Below are positions 60,365 through 64,000 of a stretch of 64,000 bases of DNA, piece by piece. The stretch is from Psammoneis japonica (lineage: Eukaryota), in the NCBI GenBank assembly GCA_008632985.1, contig QPGO01000041.1, forward strand, positions 434,001 to 498,000, given 5' to 3'. The first letter of the stretch is position 1; each line of letters opens with the position of its first letter. Made by a program: the position numbers and the translations under genes. The notes under the pieces are model-generated. The model was not told where the DNA came from. It saw nothing but the letters and a program-made list of their open reading frames with translations, and searched no databases.

Positions 60365-62839
60365 ATGAGCGAACAACCAATTATCCTCGGCAAACGAAAA
60401 AGGAATAAAGAGGTGGATCCAGCTGAAATGATGCAGCAGGTTTCAATCGAAAACAGTGAAGAAAGTGCACCGGAATCGATGGAGCTCGTGGTGGAAACGT
60501 CCGCGAGTGACGCGGATGACTCGACCGCGGTCATAGCCGCCGAAATAGTGCAGGAATGGTTAAAAACCGTGACGGACCCGACAGCAAGGAGTGCTCTGGA
60601 AGAAAACCGAAAGCAAATAGTTGAATGTTTGTCGTCGCTAGCGAGTGAAAACGAGTGGCTGTCGATGAAACGTGAATACAGGTTGATCGAGGTTGGCATC
60701 ATTCTCGGTAAGCTTCAGCTGCCTGTAAAGGTGGACGCGAAGGGCCTCGCCTTTCTTTTTGTGGATGCTATCGAAGAAAGTGAACAGACGGAGTGGAAAA
60801 AACGCGTGGCGACGCTGGACTACAAAATTGAAGAGATAGCGCTTTCCCACACGTTCGACGTAAATCAATTTTTGACTCACGTTACGGTGGTGTCAAAATG
60901 GTATGAAAAGGGCAACCAATTACAGGACGCCCCGTACTTTTGCTTGATTCAATCGAGTGGAATGGGCAAAACCAAGATCATGTATCATGCCTGTCAGGAA
61001 TTAGAGAGCAATCACGGGTGGCGGTGCTCCCTGGTACTCCCGAGTCAGATGAAGACGGGTAATACATCGCCAGTAAATGCACACCGAGTTTTCAAAAAGC
61101 AAATTGACCTTCAAGGAATTCTTGCATCAAACACACCTGTTGGCACAATAGTCGATCGAGGCTTTGAAGCACTGGATCGGCTCGTGGATGAAACTGTAGA
61201 AGGAAAGGAGCAGCCCACCAAATATGTCTTTCTTTGCTTTGATGAAGCCCAGGATTACTTGGGCTCATTCAACGAAACAAGTGAAGATAAACCATTGAAA
61301 ACAGAGCACCCATCACTGCTTTTTAGGATCATTCGTTTGTGGCTGCGAAAGCAACGATCTGATGGCTTAAGAATTGTTGCTTGCTTTGCCGGGACGACCG
61401 CAAATCTGAACAATATTCGCTTCGAGTTTGACGACGACAAAAGATTGATGAACACAGTTCCTTCAAGGGAATGGAAAGCTCAGGGTGCTAAGTTCTACGA
61501 CAAAGGATCTGAGGTTTTTCCGGTGTCCACTCTGACCACTACTATGGGTTGTATCGCCAAGACGAGCGAAGGAAGCGAGTACAAGAAGGCAGTTCGCTAC
61601 GGGCGCCCGCTTTTTGCAGTTTTGGATGCCAATAATGCACTTGAAGAAAAGGTGCAGAACATTCTTGGTCGTATGCTCTTAAGTAAGAATGATTGGGAGG
61701 AAAGCTTGCCTGCCTGTTTTAGTGTGCTTGCTACAAGGATGCAGATGGGCCAAACGACCTTTGCAATCGCTTCCGATCTTGTTGCCAACGGATATGCAAA
61801 CCTCACTTCAGTCTCATCCAAGACCGCGAAAATCTGCTTTATGACTGATCCCGTGTGCGCCCGTCTTGCTATGGGCTTGATGGATGAAGAGTTTGCGTGT
61901 GGGCCGTTCATGGGAAAAAATCCACATTGGTGGGTTAGAAAGATGACTATGTTATTCTCTCGGGGTATGTGTAGCCCCGAAAAGGGCGACTTTGGTGAGG
62001 TGATGGTTGCTTTTTACTTGCTGCTATGTGGGGATGCGATACGTGGACCCCTTTCGGACGAAACCTTTTCAGTTTCATTGGATGATTGGCTTGGTGTTCT
62101 GCAGGGTGGAGGGCGTTCCACGAAGCTCGCCAAGCCTCCCTCTAGTTACCAAGTGACAGTTAACTTCATTCAAGTCTGTCGAAACTACCTTCGTTCTTAC
62201 GGAGTTTGTTGGGAGGGTTTCAACGACCAAGGTTTCTTGAAGTACCTATACGAATCCGCCACCGCTTTCTACGTTTTTGGCGGCTGTCCTGTAATTGACA
62301 TGGCCGGTGCTATCAGAATTTCCAGTTCAACCGGAAGTGAAATTTCCTTTGCGCCGCTTGTCATTTCTATCAAGTCACACCACTACTTTTCACCAAAGCA
62401 GGCCAAGGAGGAATGCGAAAAAATGTTGAAGAAGGCGGTTGACAGCGGCATTATGCGGGCGTTGTGTCTTCTCATTGTATTTGGGTCACCAACGTTGCCG
62501 GGAAAATCGTCTAGTGACGACGAATATGCCTTTAAGGGATGTGTGGCAGACAAAATCGTTGGAGACAAACCTGTAGCTTGTATTATTCGGATCCCGTACA
62601 ATGATGCTTTTGGGCTCACGGATTCCTTTGTGGAGCTGACATCTTGTGGAGTTGCGGTTGCTGAGTTGTTGGCGTCACATCCTTACATTCGTGCGAATGT
62701 CGGAGTGCCGGAGGTGCTTAATCCCGATTTCGCACTCCGGCGAGGACAGAAAGACACAGAAGCAACGGCAATGTTGGGAGCTCTTTCAAAAGATCTCAGA
62801 AAAGAAACCAAGCCTACCACCGACCACATGAATGGGTAA
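60365..62839 (+). CDS. Crinkler (CR)-type P-loop NTPase with a probable C-terminal restriction-endonuclease-fold domain
   Basis: Walker A YFCLIQSSGMGKTK, Walker B FLCFDEAQ, YGRPLF, KGDFGEVMVAFYLL and IDM...LVISIK. Intact and intronless. Confidence 0.75.
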   Translation: MSEQPIILGKRKRNKEVDPAEMMQQVSIENSEESAPESMELVVETSASDADDSTAVIAAEIVQEWLKTVTDPTARSALEENRKQIVECLSSLASENEWLSMKREYRLIEVGIILGKLQLPVKVDAKGLAFLFVDAIEESEQTEWKKRVATLDYKIEEIALSHTFDVNQFLTHVTVVSKWYEKGNQLQDAPYFCLIQSSGMGKTKIMYHACQELESNHGWRCSLVLPSQMKTGNTSPVNAHRVFKKQIDLQGILASNTPVGTIVDRGFEALDRLVDETVEGKEQPTKYVFLCFDEAQDYLGSFNETSEDKPLKTEHPSLLFRIIRLWLRKQRSDGLRIVACFAGTTANLNNIRFEFDDDKRLMNTVPSREWKAQGAKFYDKGSEVFPVSTLTTTMGCIAKTSEGSEYKKAVRYGRPLFAVLDANNALEEKVQNILGRMLLSKNDWEESLPACFSVLATRMQMGQTTFAIASDLVANGYANLTSVSSKTAKICFMTDPVCARLAMGLMDEEFACGPFMGKNPHWWVRKMTMLFSRGMCSPEKGDFGEVMVAFYLLLCGDAIRGPLSDETFSVSLDDWLGVLQGGGRSTKLAKPPSSYQVTVNFIQVCRNYLRSYGVCWEGFNDQGFLKYLYESATAFYVFGGCPVIDMAGAIRISSSTGSEISFAPLVISIKSHHYFSPKQAKEECEKMLKKAVDSGIMRALCLLIVFGSPTLPGKSSSDDEYAFKGCVADKIVGDKPVACIIRIPYNDAFGLTDSFVELTSCGVAVAELLASHPYIRANVGVPEVLNPDFALRRGQKDTEATAMLGALSKDLRKETKPTTDHMNG

Positions 62840-62999
62840 GCCACTGAGCTATTTGGTTGCATGGTTACTGCATTGGCAACAGGAAGCAGTGTTATGTTAC
62901 TATGATGGACGTTAAATTCTTCTCTCAGGGTTGCCTCAAGATAATTCTTCCAGAAGACGTCATAGTCTAAGTTGTTAGGAAAGCAAATGTATTGCATGT

Positions 63000-64000
63000 C
63001 GCATTGGATAGAGTTGACGCACTCTCTGTTTCACACAATGAAATTTGCAGGATGGACAAAACACATTTTTATGCTAAAACGATGATTCGTGTCTTTGCCA
63101 CATGCCCCAAGAAGTTGTTCTTGGATGCACACTGGAATGTGTCTCTGGCCGAGCACCCATGCTTGTGCATGGTGTTGTGTTGCAGTCTGCTTTCTTTGAT
63201 GGGAGAACAGTGCCACAGCCCCTCCCACCTGCAGAAAGGGAAGGGGAGCCAACATCACTCATTGGTTTCACACCACCTGTAAACAACCCAGCTTGAAGAT
63301 TTGGGCTGGTGGTTGGAGTGAATGATGGGGGGCAGAAAATTGTGCAGAAATTGTTGTGCAAACAGACGGGTGCCAGCAATGACACCCACCACCTCTGGGC
63401 TCCAGGTGCTGCCTGTGCATTTGAGCCCTTTTGATGACTTTGAAATGGGGTGACATTTGAGGGTTGCACTGGATTTTTTGACACCTGTTTGCCATCTAAA
63501 AAGAGTTGCCCTATGTTGGCACCAAAGTGATCCAAGAAATGAGGCTCACAAATTTGACAGCAATCGTGTGCTGTCAGTGTCACAATGAGAAAGTGGCTGG
63601 AAAAGTTTGTGCAAATTCAAACAGTGACATTAAATGAGCTGACAAGCTGGTGTCATTTTGGTGCCACCTTTTCTCAAAAAGGAAAAAAAATGATTTGTGT
63701 CAATGCAGTGCTCTTTCTTTTGGGGGTGCAGCATTTGCAAGAAAAACCATTGCAATGGTGACAGGCAAATGAGGCAGAAGCAAAGGGGGTGCAAGGAGCA
63801 GCATTGGTGGCAGGTCAAAGAAGGGGAAAAATGCAAGGAAGCCAATGTTGCAAATCACCCTCCCCAGCCACCACTGCCAGAAGAAGTGCCAACACCAATG
63901 CCAACATGTGACAATGATGCTGACAACCAAGAAGAAGACTTGTTTGAGATTGAAGAGGCTGGCATCACTTTGGACTCCATGTTGGAAGACAGAGATGAAC
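63000..64000. mobile_element. Degenerate repeat/TE-derived block (TpA/CpG-depleted), running off the window
   Basis: Same compositional signature as the other decayed blocks. Confidence 0.5.

Overview
This is eukaryotic DNA, most likely from a diatom. That inference rests on an ASAF-type plastid presequence and on Ty1/copia relics resembling diatom CoDi elements. The window alternates between two kinds of sequence. (1) Gene islands of normal composition: a MYND-finger protein, a disrupted MddA/Nurim-like methyltransferase, a bromodomain-like protein divergent from RRP6, a GT8 glycosyltransferase, an ART/DUF3990-like protein, a plastid helical-repeat protein, a two-TM protein, a Crinkler-type NTPase-nuclease and a U6 snRNA gene. 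(2) Blocks of decayed transposons (~1.1-3.0, 11.1-12.5, 16.6-20.4, 25.9-35.1, 44.2-60.0 and 63.0-64.0 kb) in which TpA is almost absent and CpG is partly lost, both apparently converted to TpG/CpA. Two observations stand out. First, a gene at 35.5-40.0 kb fuses three putative chromatin readers (PWWP-like, MBD-like, chromodomain) to a cellular RNA-dependent RNA polymerase core (GDLDGD). Second, the repeats carry a TpA->TpG/CpA hypermutation signature, the reverse of fungal RIP, which turns conserved Tyr into Cys/His and has also hit the RdRP gene. All family calls come from motifs read by eye; no searches were run. Several frameshifts could be assembly errors.
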